DNA from: Verrucomicrobiales bacterium
Lineage (GTDB): Bacteria; Verrucomicrobiota; Verrucomicrobiia; Verrucomicrobiales; V1-33
Assembly: GCA_031411295.1 (NCBI GenBank)
Contig: JANOAV010000074.1
Coordinates: 1 to 47,715, forward strand
Length of the DNA stretch: 47,715 nt
Direction of reading: 5' to 3'
In this document: positions 36,895 to 46,909 of the stretch, one piece after another
How the letters are laid out: every line of letters starts with the position of its first letter
Numbering within the stretch: position 1 is the first letter of the stretch
Notes under the pieces: model-generated
Told to the model about the DNA's origin: nothing
Database searches by the model: none
What the model saw: the letters and a program-made list of their open reading frames with translations, nothing else
Program-made: the position numbers and the translations under genes

Positions 36895-38565
36895 TTAGTC
36901 CGCATCACCCGAGGTGGCTTCGATGACTTCCTGAGCCGAGGTGGCGCCAGCCATCACTTTACGGATGCCGTCCTCCCGCAGCGTGCGCATCCCCAATTCG
37001 CGGGCGCGACGTTTCAACTGCGTCGTAGGCAGGCCTTCATTGATCATGGTGCGCACTTGATCGTCCACCTTGAAGATTTCCACGATCACCATCCGGCCTT
37101 TGTAACCGGTGCCCCGACATTTCGGGCAACCGTTGGGCTTCATGATGTTCGAATCCACCAAGCGGGAGGCATCCATGCGCAGCGCGCGGATCTCGCGTTC
37201 GGTAAGTTCGCCTGGAGATTTGCACTCCGAACAGAATTTCCGCACCAGACGCTGGGCGGTCATGGCGCGCACGGCGGAGGCAATGAGGAACGGCTTGGCC
37301 CCGATGTCTGCCAAACGGGCTACGGCACTCGGCGCATCGTTAGTGTGAAGGGTGGAAAATACCAAGTGGCCCGTGAGAGCCGCCTGAATGGCGATCCCGG
37401 CGGTTTCCGCATCCCGAATTTCCCCCAGCATGATGACGTTGGGCGCTTGCCGCAACATCGAGCGCAAGGCGGCTGCGAAGGTCATGCCGATGTCCTCCTT
37501 CACCTGCACCTGATTGATGCCGGAAAGGACGTATTCCACCGGGTCTTCCACGGTAATGATTTTCTTGTCAGGCTTGTTGATGGTATTCAAACAAGCGTAA
37601 AGCGTAGTCGTCTTACCAGAACCGGTTGGTCCGGTCACTAGCAGAATGCCATCGGGCAGGGAGATCAGTTCATCGAACGTGCGATTGTCGTCTGCGAAGA
37701 AACCCAGATCCGCCAGACCCAGCGAGATCCCGCTCTTGTCCAGCAAACGCATAACCACTGATTCACCATGGTTTGTGGGCACGGTGGAGACCCGGAGATC
37801 GATTTCTTTATTGCCCATGCGGGCTTGAATCCGTCCGTCCTGCGGCATGCGGCGTTCGTCGATACTCATGCTACCGGTCATAATCTTCAAGCGCGCTAGG
37901 ATGGGCGCATGAAGGTGCTTCGGGTGGGAAGCCACTTGGTGCAGCACGCCGTCAATCCGATAGCGGATGCGCAGGCTCTTTTCGAGCGGCTCAATGTGAA
38001 TATCCGAGGCCCGAAGGTTGAAGCTTTCCTGCAGCATCTCAGCCACCATTTTGATGATCGGCGCATCGCCATCGTTGGGACCGTCATCCCCGCCGATAAG
38101 CAGGTTGGAGGCCCCGCCATCGTCGCCAATCTTAATCCCGTAGAGATCCTTGAGCAGGCCTTCGATCTGGGATTTTCTGCCGCAAACGAAGTCCACTTGG
38201 GTGTTCTTGATCAAGAACGGGAGGGCATCCATCTTCTGGAAATCCATCGGATCAGACACCGCCAGCAGGATGCGCCCGGGCTCTGCCTCCACGGGCAGAA
38301 CCAAGTATTGCGCCACCACATCCTGTGGCACAGATTCGAGCACGTGGGGTTCGGGAGAGAAACTCCCCAGATCCACGTAATCCATCCCCGCACTGATGGC
38401 CATGGTTTGGGCCACCTGCTCTTCAGTAATGCGCCCCAGTTCCAACAGGGACTCGATCACCGTATATTTCCCCCGGCCTGCGGCCGTGGCTTCTTCGATT
38501 TCTTCAGGGCCGATGTAGCCGGATTCCTGCAGTAGTTCTAGTAAATAGTCTTCGTTTGAATACAC
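36895..38565 (-). CDS. pilB: GspE/PilB-family assembly ATPase (copy 1)
   Basis: Same motif set (GPTGSGKTTT, LRQAPN, HTND, CSEC/CPKC); GTG start at 38565 preceded by GGAGA. Confidence 0.9.
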   Translation of the reverse strand: MYSNEDYLLELLQESGYIGPEEIEEATAAGRGKYTVIESLLELGRITEEQVAQTMAISAGMDYVDLGSFSPEPHVLESVPQDVVAQYLVLPVEAEPGRILLAVSDPMDFQKMDALPFLIKNTQVDFVCGRKSQIEGLLKDLYGIKIGDDGGASNLLIGGDDGPNDGDAPIIKMVAEMLQESFNLRASDIHIEPLEKSLRIRYRIDGVLHQVASHPKHLHAPILARLKIMTGSMSIDERRMPQDGRIQARMGNKEIDLRVSTVPTNHGESVVMRLLDKSGISLGLADLGFFADDNRTFDELISLPDGILLVTGPTGSGKTTTLYACLNTINKPDKKIITVEDPVEYVLSGINQVQVKEDIGMTFAAALRSMLRQAPNVIMLGEIRDAETAGIAIQAALTGHLVFSTLHTNDAPSAVARLADIGAKPFLIASAVRAMTAQRLVRKFCSECKSPGELTEREIRALRMDASRLVDSNIMKPNGCPKCRGTGYKGRMVIVEIFKVDDQVRTMINEGLPTTQLKRRARELGMRTLREDGIRKVMAGATSAQEVIEATSGDAD

Positions 38566-38755
38566 AATAATTCTCCAAATGGTGCTTAGTCCCTGCCAAC
38601 CTCGAGCTGCGGTCCGCGAGAACAGCTTCGGTGTCAGCAATGATTTGGCGTAATTTCATCAATGATGGACATGACCTTAGCGGCTGCGGTGATTTGCTGT
38701 CAACAATTCAATTACTGGGCCCACCAGTTTGCGCCAGTTTACCCGGTTCATGGGT

Positions 38756-39511
38756 TTAGGCATACGCCAACCGTATGATGTCCAGGATCTCCGCCTGAAC
38801 ATCAGTATCCGTCGCCTCTTCGGGGAGTGTCTCTTTGACAATTGCTTTCAGTGCCTCCTTGAATTCACCCCGGAATCGCTGCACCCGCACCTTGTAATAT
38901 CCGCTCTCAATTCCCAGCTTGGCAGCCTCTTCAGCATAAGATTCTGCGTTACCAGAGACCGTAATGAATTGACGGAGGCTATTGTAGAAATTTTGCTTAC
39001 CTGTTGTCGCGTATTTCCCTTCCAAGCTCCCGGCCGCTGCTGTTAAAATTTCCAGGGCACAGCGCTTTTCATACATCGTTTCCGGCGTGCAGTTGTCTTC
39101 ATTCTCGACTTGATAGCTTTCCCCTGATTCTTCAAGCCAATCCAGCGACAGAGTTTGTTCTAGACCTCCACGCTTTTCGGCGGTGGATTTGTCATACTCT
39201 CCGCGAATGAAGAAATTGAATGCCGTTAACAACAGGGTCCTTAGTTTTCCCTTCTCTCGCTCCGCTTTACCGAAGAGGCCCTTTTCGAGCATGTGAGCGA
39301 AGAAGCCTTGCGTTAGATCTTTGGCATTCTCCGGCGAGTTCCCCAAGCGTTTTGCGTATTGGAACAGGGGATTCCAATAAGCGCGGCAAAGCTGGTCCAA
39401 CTTCTTGCGGCGGGCTTCCGGGTCAGAGTCGTCGCGGGTTTGCATAACGAGGGTCCAGAGGGTGGGGGGAAATGGTGAAGCAGGCGGATTGGAGGAGGTG
39501 TCGGTGATCAT
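38756..39511 (-). CDS. ECF sigma factor of the kinase-associated PVC type
   Basis: FPPTLWTLV N-terminus, LCRAYWNPL, AKDLTQGFF, GKLRTLL, C-terminal VKETL...EI extension; no adjacent anti-sigma. Confidence 0.85.
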   Translation of the reverse strand: MITDTSSNPPASPFPPTLWTLVMQTRDDSDPEARRKKLDQLCRAYWNPLFQYAKRLGNSPENAKDLTQGFFAHMLEKGLFGKAEREKGKLRTLLLTAFNFFIRGEYDKSTAEKRGGLEQTLSLDWLEESGESYQVENEDNCTPETMYEKRCALEILTAAAGSLEGKYATTGKQNFYNSLRQFITVSGNAESYAEEAAKLGIESGYYKVRVQRFRGEFKEALKAIVKETLPEEATDTDVQAEILDIIRLAYA

Positions 39512-39772
39512 AGTAAATAAGGGTGTGTCCTATACGCTACGGCAAAACTGGACATCAGAAACACCCTTTCTCTTTCCCAGAAACAATTTTATCCTTTATA
39601 TGAGCTCTCCGGAATCTCGTGAATCGCCAAAATCGCGGAGTTTTGGACGATTAATATTGTTTGCTATTTTCGAAAAACATTTAAAAACTATGCTCCATAG
39701 CCAACAAGTCCACCCAGTTAAGCGTCACGCTTTAGCTTCGCATCTGCCTCTGAATCCTCCATCTAGCTCACC

Positions 39773-42700
39773 TTGAACCCCGTTCAACCCATTGCTCAGT
39801 GGGACGCCCCTCAGCCATCAGCCAATTTCATGGCTCTTTTTGGCACGGACAGCGTTGACTTGGCAGTCGCGTGGCGGGTGCCAACGCCAGAGGAATTGAG
39901 TCTCCTGCTGGCACCGCGTTACCACGTCACAGAATTTATCGAGCGCGGAGGGATGGGGGCCGTCTATCGGGCGGAGCAAGTGGAATTGGACCGCTCAGTT
40001 GCCCTTAAAGTATTGCCCGCCGAGCTAAGTGCGGATCCGGAATTTGTTGAGCGCTTCCGCCGAGAGGCTAGGACAATGGCCTCCCTGGAACATGGAAATA
40101 TCGTCCGCGTGCATGATTTCGGGCAAACGGACTTGGGGCACCTCTATTTTGTGATGGAATTGATTGATGGGGGCACCCTGGCGTCAGCTTTAATCTCTGG
40201 CACTCTGGGTCTGGAGAAAGTGCTAGAGATCCTCATCCAAACTGCCGAGGGCTTAGAGTATGCTCACGGGCGAGGGGTGATCCACCGTGACATCAAGCCG
40301 GCCAATATTTTGATCGACCATGCGGGAGTCGCAAAGCTGGCGGACTTTGGACTAGCGGCACCAACGGTTGACCTAGGCCAGCTTACTCAGAGCGGCATCG
40401 TCATGGGCACCCCACTCTACATGGCACCAGAGCAGCACGCTGGCGCCGAGGTGGATGCTAGGGCGGATATTTACGCGCTCGGCGTAGTGCTTTATAGTGC
40501 GCTCACTGGCCATGCGCCATTGGGGGCGTGGGCTCCACCCAGTGCGGAGACCGGGTGCGACCGACGCTTCGACCCCATCGTAGCCCGCGCATTGAAGCCC
40601 AATCCCGATGACCGCTACCAGACCGTGCGGGAGTTTAAAGCTGCCCTCATCGCCCTTGGGCGGAACCAAGTCCAAGGTGCGTTAGTTGTTCCCGGTCAGG
40701 CTGCTCAGTCCCCACTTTCCCAACTTTCTTCGCTGGTCCGGCGGCTTGGTGTTCTCATGTTTACAGACATTGTCGATTCCGTGGGACTTCACAACAAAGT
40801 GGGCACAAACCATTATGCCGGACTGCTTTCCGCCCATGATACAGGTTTCCGCCGTGCCGTGGCGGAGAGTCAAGGTAGTCGCATCGTCAAACACACAGGC
40901 GATGGATTTTTGGCTGTTTTTGACACCGCTAGTGAGGCGGTTCGCGCAGCCCTCCGCTTTCAGCACGTCATGGTCACTTCACCTGAGAGCCAAGCTGGCG
41001 GATTGGCTGTCCGCATAGGGCTGCATCAGGGTGAGATCATGGAGGAAACCACCAGCGGCAACATGCCCTCGGTGGGCACGGTGGGCATGGCGGTCAATCT
41101 GGCTGCGCGGGTCATGGGATTGGCCCAGCCCGGACAGATTTTGCTCACGCGCGGCGTATTCGATGACGCCCGGCTCTACGTCCGCGAGCATCCGCCATCC
41201 GATGATGGCTCCGCTCCTCCGCCACTAGAGTGGCTAGCCTGTGGGCGGTATCTGCTCGCAGGGGTGGATGATCCAGTAGAAATTTTTGAGGTCGGTGCAT
41301 GCGGCAAAGCTCCACTGGCGGCCCCACCCGATAGCGAAAAGGCCCGCCGCTCCGTTTCTGCGGAAGAAATAGCCACCCTCGGCTGGCGACCCGCCGCTGG
41401 GCTGCTGATCCCACGTCGCGTTGGCTGGGCGTTGCTCGAAAAACTAGGCGCTGGCGGATTTGGCGAAGTTTGGTTAGCTCAAAATGCCAAGACCAAGGAA
41501 AGACGCGTCTTCAAATTTTGCTTCGATCCTGAACGGCTCCGTTCCTTCAAGCGAGAACTCACCCTCTTCCGCCTCATCCGTGATGCCTTGGGCAAACGAG
41601 ATGACATTGCTACTCTGCATGAGGTGCAAGTAGAGGCCGCCCCATTTTACTTGGAAAGCGATTTCTGCGACGGAGGCAATCTCAGACAGTGGGCGGAAAA
41701 GCAGGGTGGCCTGCTTGCCGTCCCACTGGAGACCCGCTTGAGCTTGCTCTCCAGGGCTTGTCGTGCGCTGGCCGCAGCCCATTCTATCGGCATCATTCAT
41801 AGGGATCTCAAACCCTCCAATATCTTTATCGAACAAGGCTCCGACGGCACACCGCAGCCTCGTCTGGCGGACTTCGGCATCGGCATCTTGGCGGATACGA
41901 CGAAGCTCGACGAACTCGATATCACGATGACGGGATTCACCGAGTCCCTAGCCTCTCATGCTTCCTCCCGCACAGGCACGCGACTCTATGCAGCCCCAGA
42001 AACTTTAGTGGGCAAGCCGTCGACCATACAGGGTGACATTTACGCCCTCGGCGTCCTGCTCTACCAACTCGCTGCTGGTGACCTCTCTAAACCCCTCAGC
42101 ACTGGATGGGAACGTGACATCAGCGACCCACTCCTACTCCAGGACATAGCCGATTGTGTGGATGGAGACCCCTCCCGCCGCCTCGCTAGTGCCTCCGAAC
42201 TGGCGGAGCGCCTTGACACACTTGATCAACGTCGCAATGACGTCGCCCATCAGGAACGCCTCGCTAGGGATGCCGCAGAGTCCGAACGCTCCCGCCTCCA
42301 ACGCCGCCGTCTCTCGCGCGCCGTCGCCACCATGGCCGCCCTCCTCCTCCTCTTTGCCGGCCTAGCCGCTTTCGGCTGGATCAAAAAACGCCAAGCCGAA
42401 GCCAGCCAAGCCAGCGCCGAAACCAGTGCCCGCCGTGCAGAAGCCAGCGAAGCCGATACTCGCGAACAACTTGTTGCCGCCTCAGGTTCTGAGGTCAACC
42501 AAGCCGACAGCCTTCTTGCAGAAGCTGATGCCGCTGACCCCAAAACCGGTCCAGGTGATTCCCTCCGCTGCCAGAAAACCGAGGACGCCCTGCTCCACCT
42601 CGCCAAAGCCATTGAATTCTATCCTGACAACCGCGTCGCCAGAGAAAAGTTTGGCTGGACCATTGCTAACCGCCGGGAAAACCTGCCTTCACAGCCGATT

Positions 42701-45700
42701 CTGATGCTAAAACACAAACAGTATGTCTCCACAGCCGCCTTCAGCCCGAATGGAATTCTCATTGTAACAGCCTCCGGGGACCGCACTGCCCAAGTGTGGG
42801 AAGCGTCCACTGGCAAATCTGTGGCTACTTTCCAACATGAAGCTTGGGTCAACTCCGCTTGCTTTAGCCCTGACGGCACCAAGATCGCCACGGCATCCCA
42901 CGATGGTGCCGCTCACCTGTGGGACCTGGCGACAGGTTTGCCGCTCATAACCGTGCTTCATGGAGGTAGTGTCGGCTCTGTGGCCTTTAGCCCTGATGGC
43001 ACGAGAATTGTGACTACATCGGATGACCTAACAGTCCAAGTGTGGAACGCTTCCACTGGTGAATCACTTACTGTTTTGAATCACTCAGGCCACATAGATT
43101 CTGCTGCCTTTAGTCAGGACGGCACAAAGATAATAACCGGATCCAGAAGTGAGGGGGTTACGGTGTGGGTTGCGGCTACAGGCAAAGTGCTCACCACATT
43201 CCAAAGTCAAAGTCCAGTTGGAATTAAGACCCGCCCCTGCTTTAGTCCAGATGGCACTCGCCTCGCAACGATTTCCCGCGAAGGCGCTGCGCAGGTATGG
43301 GATATCGCCACCAGCAGGATAATCAGGACCTTCGAACATAGTTCAGATTTTAGTTTCGTCGATTTCAGCCCAGATGGCACATGTATTATGACAACTTCAG
43401 CCAAAAAAAATACCCAAGTATGCGAGGTCGCCACTGGGAAATCACTCACAATTTTAAGGCATCAGAGTGAAGTCAATTTCGCTGCCTTCAGTCCTGACGG
43501 TAGACGCATTGTTACTGCCTGTGTGGATGGCATTGCCCGGGTATGGGATGTGACAGGAGGTAAGTTAAGTCGGGTAGTTCAGTTAGGGAGTCCTGGGTTT
43601 ACGGTAACATTCAGCCCCGACAGCACTCGCATCGTTACGGGTTCTTATCTCGGTGTTCAAGTGATGGAAGCGGTTAGGGGTAAAGCCCCCACGGTGCTAA
43701 ATGCCAGCGAGTATCACTATCGGCCCTGTTTTAGCCCGGACGGTTCCCAGATTGTCACGGTGTCCGAGACCGCAGTTCGAATGTTCGACGCCACCACAGG
43801 TAAGGAACTGAGAACGTTGGTGCATGAGAAAGCTCGGTCTGCCTCCTTCAGCCCCGATGGTAAGCGTCTGATTACTACCAGTGGTTCGATCGCTCGAGTG
43901 TGGGATGTTGCATCCGGGAAACCGCTCGCGACTTTAGAGCCTGAGCTGCCTGAGCCAGCGCGAGAGGGGCAGATCCACTCGGCCACCTTCAGCCCCGATG
44001 GTATGCGTATCGTGATAGCTGTCGGTTGTGACGCTCAGTTGTGCGACGCTGTTACCAGTAAACTGCTCATAACCTTGGAACATAATCTGAAGCAGCAGGG
44101 GGGAGGGGTATACAGTGCGAACTTCAGCTCAGATGGCAGGCGCATTGTGACATCATCTGCCAGTTCCTTCAAAGTTTGGGACTGCGCCACGGGCAAGATG
44201 CAACTCAATGTAGCCTACCCTCATTCCTTAAATTCAGCAGTCTTCAGCACGGATGGCACCCGGATTGTTACGGCATCCGAGGATGCCACCGCGAAGATAT
44301 GGGATGCAACAACAGGCAACCTACTCATCACCCTAAGGCATAAAGATCCAGTTAAAGCAGCTACCTATAGCCCAGATGGTTTGCTCTGCGCCACAGTCGC
44401 TACGGACGGCGAGGTTCAAGTTTGGGACGCTGCGACTGGAAAATCGTTCGGCCAAGATGCAGACTCACCGCCATCGGTATTTTCGAAGCTCAGCGAGCAT
44501 CTGACAGGCCGTCAACTATCCAGGAATAATAAAGTAAGAGAACTAACCGCTGAGGAGTCCTCACTCGTTAACTCCCAGGTTGCTGAGTTAGCGCAAACTG
44601 ATTCTGCTATGGGCCGAGTGGCACACTGGCTTAGGACCCCGGGGCTTGAGAATCGAATCTTTCCGGATGCCAGCACCACGTTCAATGACAGATTACAGGC
44701 GCTTCTGTCCGAAAGAGGGGAGGCAAGTCTTCAGGAAGCGCGCCTATTATGCCCATCGCATCCATTGGTTTTGTTAGGGATGGCTGATGAACTTTGCACA
44801 TGCCTAACACAGGATGGAGCCTTACAAACGAAACGTCCCTCCCCAGCGCAGGTCGCGTGGCTTAGAGATTTCGCCCTCCAGCACCTACCGGAGGACGCAA
44901 GAATCTGGGCACAGGCTGCTTTGTGCTTGGCTGAACAGGGGGAAGTCGAGCGGGCCCAAGCGGCGTTGCAAAAAGCCGAGAGCTACAAGCCGTCAGCGAC
45001 CGAAGTGAAACAATTGCTAACGGAGGTCAAAGCAACGCTCTGGTTGGCCACAGGGAGGGACAAAATCCGCGAGGGCAAAGGGCTTGAATTATTGGCTGCA
45101 TTTGATAACTTCGAAGAGACCTCACATTTGTCAGACAGAATAGTTGAATCTCTGCGGGAACTGCGAATCTTGGCCTGCTGCGTGGTGGGTCGGCCCGCTG
45201 AAGCATTGGTTTTGCTTTGGCCACTCTGGAACACTGAATTAGCAGCTGTCCGCCAAGCTCTTGGCCCTAGTCACAAAGAACACGACGCCTTGCAAATTAA
45301 AATGCACATGGCTATTCGGCTAGAGTTGCATGACAAGGGCTTTACGAACGAAGCTATCCTTATGTATGAAGCCTTAGTGACAAAATTTAAAGCCGAACAA
45401 ACTTTACAACCTGAGAACTGGAGCTGGCCCATACTTATATCCTGGGCCTACACTCGTCACGCTGAGGCGGTGGCCGAAGCACCCGGGGGGGCTGCCTCGG
45501 CCTTGCGACTCTACGAGCAGGGACTGAAAGCCCGGCAACAGGCTCTCAAACTGGCACCCGATGATCCCGCCATTCAACGCAATATTCTATCGAGTCGGAG
45601 CCACATCCAAGAAACCCGCCTGAGGATTGCGTTAGGGACCAACTTTCCATCGATGGCCCAAAAGGAATTTGCTGCCATGCTGATCAGTGGTCCAGAAGCA

Positions 45701-46513
45701 GTGAGGGGTTACCTTTTAAACGTGCTCACTGCTGTTCAAGCGGAGGATAAGGCCACTGGCGTATCGGACATCGTGGAAGGATGGCTGAAGGAAATTGACC
45801 AATTAGGCAAGTCCGCTGGAGGACAACCCAAGAATTGGGAAATGGTCCGGGCTGCTGGACTCACGTTGTTAGCCACGGCTGCTGCAATGGAACAGCGCTG
45901 GTCTCTAGCCGTCTCAGCAGCCAGAGCAAACCATGCTTACACAAAAACCGGACTCGAAGTCAAACCCGACGATTCAGCATTGATAGAGCGCACCTGTGGA
46001 GCAGGCGAACAACTAGCCATGGCCTTGACAGGTGCAGGTGATCTACTGAGCGCGGAGCAGGTATGGAAAGAATGTTCGGATAACTGGGGCCGTTCAAAAT
46101 CCTCCCTCCGCCTCATTCAACAGTCCATGATCCAACGCCGCCTCGCGTCCTTAGCCAAACAGCAAGGCAAACCAGGTAAGTGCCTAACCTGTTTGCGGAA
46201 ATCAGTGGGTCTGGACCAACAAAGCATAAAAGAAGCACCTGAACAGGTGCGCGGCTTTTGGAGCCTAGCCTTGTCGGAGCCTATGCTAGCCGAAGCTCTG
46301 CAAGATTACGGATTTGATCCGAGTGAGATTCGGCAACACGTCGAAGAAGCTCGTCGAAACTGGGCTGCGTTCAAAGCCCGCCCCACTGCAGCCACCGTTA
46401 CCGAACGTCGCAAAGACGCAATCGACGAAGTATGGCTTTCCAAAACGCTCAAGACTCTCGATGCTAGCCTGGCTCAACCTCAGGCCACGACAGTCCCGCC
46501 GACACCAGATTGA
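39773..46513 (+). CDS. Giant signalling protein: Ser/Thr kinase, class III nucleotide cyclase, second Ser/Thr kinase, TM, 14 WD40 repeats, TPR-like helices
   Basis: Kinase 1: GGMGAV/ALK/HRDIKPAN/DFG/APE. Cyclase: FTDIVDS/KHTGDG/RIGLHQG/VNLAARV. Kinase 2: GAGGFGEV/VFK/HRDLKPSN/DFG/APE. 14 [FY]SxDG-type repeats. Start codon uncertain (TTG). Confidence 0.9.
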   Translation: MNPVQPIAQWDAPQPSANFMALFGTDSVDLAVAWRVPTPEELSLLLAPRYHVTEFIERGGMGAVYRAEQVELDRSVALKVLPAELSADPEFVERFRREARTMASLEHGNIVRVHDFGQTDLGHLYFVMELIDGGTLASALISGTLGLEKVLEILIQTAEGLEYAHGRGVIHRDIKPANILIDHAGVAKLADFGLAAPTVDLGQLTQSGIVMGTPLYMAPEQHAGAEVDARADIYALGVVLYSALTGHAPLGAWAPPSAETGCDRRFDPIVARALKPNPDDRYQTVREFKAALIALGRNQVQGALVVPGQAAQSPLSQLSSLVRRLGVLMFTDIVDSVGLHNKVGTNHYAGLLSAHDTGFRRAVAESQGSRIVKHTGDGFLAVFDTASEAVRAALRFQHVMVTSPESQAGGLAVRIGLHQGEIMEETTSGNMPSVGTVGMAVNLAARVMGLAQPGQILLTRGVFDDARLYVREHPPSDDGSAPPPLEWLACGRYLLAGVDDPVEIFEVGACGKAPLAAPPDSEKARRSVSAEEIATLGWRPAAGLLIPRRVGWALLEKLGAGGFGEVWLAQNAKTKERRVFKFCFDPERLRSFKRELTLFRLIRDALGKRDDIATLHEVQVEAAPFYLESDFCDGGNLRQWAEKQGGLLAVPLETRLSLLSRACRALAAAHSIGIIHRDLKPSNIFIEQGSDGTPQPRLADFGIGILADTTKLDELDITMTGFTESLASHASSRTGTRLYAAPETLVGKPSTIQGDIYALGVLLYQLAAGDLSKPLSTGWERDISDPLLLQDIADCVDGDPSRRLASASELAERLDTLDQRRNDVAHQERLARDAAESERSRLQRRRLSRAVATMAALLLLFAGLAAFGWIKKRQAEASQASAETSARRAEASEADTREQLVAASGSEVNQADSLLAEADAADPKTGPGDSLRCQKTEDALLHLAKAIEFYPDNRVAREKFGWTIANRRENLPSQPILMLKHKQYVSTAAFSPNGILIVTASGDRTAQVWEASTGKSVATFQHEAWVNSACFSPDGTKIATASHDGAAHLWDLATGLPLITVLHGGSVGSVAFSPDGTRIVTTSDDLTVQVWNASTGESLTVLNHSGHIDSAAFSQDGTKIITGSRSEGVTVWVAATGKVLTTFQSQSPVGIKTRPCFSPDGTRLATISREGAAQVWDIATSRIIRTFEHSSDFSFVDFSPDGTCIMTTSAKKNTQVCEVATGKSLTILRHQSEVNFAAFSPDGRRIVTACVDGIARVWDVTGGKLSRVVQLGSPGFTVTFSPDSTRIVTGSYLGVQVMEAVRGKAPTVLNASEYHYRPCFSPDGSQIVTVSETAVRMFDATTGKELRTLVHEKARSASFSPDGKRLITTSGSIARVWDVASGKPLATLEPELPEPAREGQIHSATFSPDGMRIVIAVGCDAQLCDAVTSKLLITLEHNLKQQGGGVYSANFSSDGRRIVTSSASSFKVWDCATGKMQLNVAYPHSLNSAVFSTDGTRIVTASEDATAKIWDATTGNLLITLRHKDPVKAATYSPDGLLCATVATDGEVQVWDAATGKSFGQDADSPPSVFSKLSEHLTGRQLSRNNKVRELTAEESSLVNSQVAELAQTDSAMGRVAHWLRTPGLENRIFPDASTTFNDRLQALLSERGEASLQEARLLCPSHPLVLLGMADELCTCLTQDGALQTKRPSPAQVAWLRDFALQHLPEDARIWAQAALCLAEQGEVERAQAALQKAESYKPSATEVKQLLTEVKATLWLATGRDKIREGKGLELLAAFDNFEETSHLSDRIVESLRELRILACCVVGRPAEALVLLWPLWNTELAAVRQALGPSHKEHDALQIKMHMAIRLELHDKGFTNEAILMYEALVTKFKAEQTLQPENWSWPILISWAYTRHAEAVAEAPGGAASALRLYEQGLKARQQALKLAPDDPAIQRNILSSRSHIQETRLRIALGTNFPSMAQKEFAAMLISGPEAVRGYLLNVLTAVQAEDKATGVSDIVEGWLKEIDQLGKSAGGQPKNWEMVRAAGLTLLATAAAMEQRWSLAVSAARANHAYTKTGLEVKPDDSALIERTCGAGEQLAMALTGAGDLLSAEQVWKECSDNWGRSKSSLRLIQQSMIQRRLASLAKQQGKPGKCLTCLRKSVGLDQQSIKEAPEQVRGFWSLALSEPMLAEALQDYGFDPSEIRQHVEEARRNWAAFKARPTAATVTERRKDAIDEVWLSKTLKTLDASLAQPQATTVPPTPD
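42710..44440 (+). repeat. 14 WD40 repeats (probably two 7-bladed propellers)
   Basis: Counted FSPNG, FSPDG x8, FSQDG, FSPDS, FSSDG, FSTDG, YSPDG at ~42-aa spacing. Confidence 0.85.
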
Positions 46514-46909
46514 AATTCCGAGACCATGAACTACTATGTTGAGGATCGCGGAAGATCGCATCCAGTGGACCGGTAGCGCTCTGGCAATGATTACCGTGCT
46601 GGATACAGTTGATGGGATTGAAGAATGCTCCGCACAGTCCTTCGAGGACGCCCTGCGTCAATTTGCGGTTAAAGGTCCAACGCAAATATTCCACGAACTA
46701 TAATTAGTCACGGAGTTGCTAGAACTCCCAGCTGCGAGCAGCACTAGTAGTGCGATGGAGGCGAGAGTAGATCGTCCCAAAATAAAGCAGTGCAGTTTGT
46801 TTCTCGTCAGCGGCTTGTCCCTAAAGAATGATGAACAGGTCAATGAAGCTCTTCTGAGCGTCCGAAGCCTGGATCCAAAATAAACTAAACAACAACAACA
46901 AATACTATT

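Noticed and set aside
39690..39776. Short ORF (MLHSQQ...) overlapping the TTG start of the giant kinase, as a possible programmed frameshift
   Set aside because: No slippery sequence or recognisable domain; cannot be told apart from chance.
42710..44440. Hypervariable or DGR-like diversification of the WD40 repeats
   Set aside because: The repeats are well diverged at DNA level, and no template repeat or reverse transcriptase is present.
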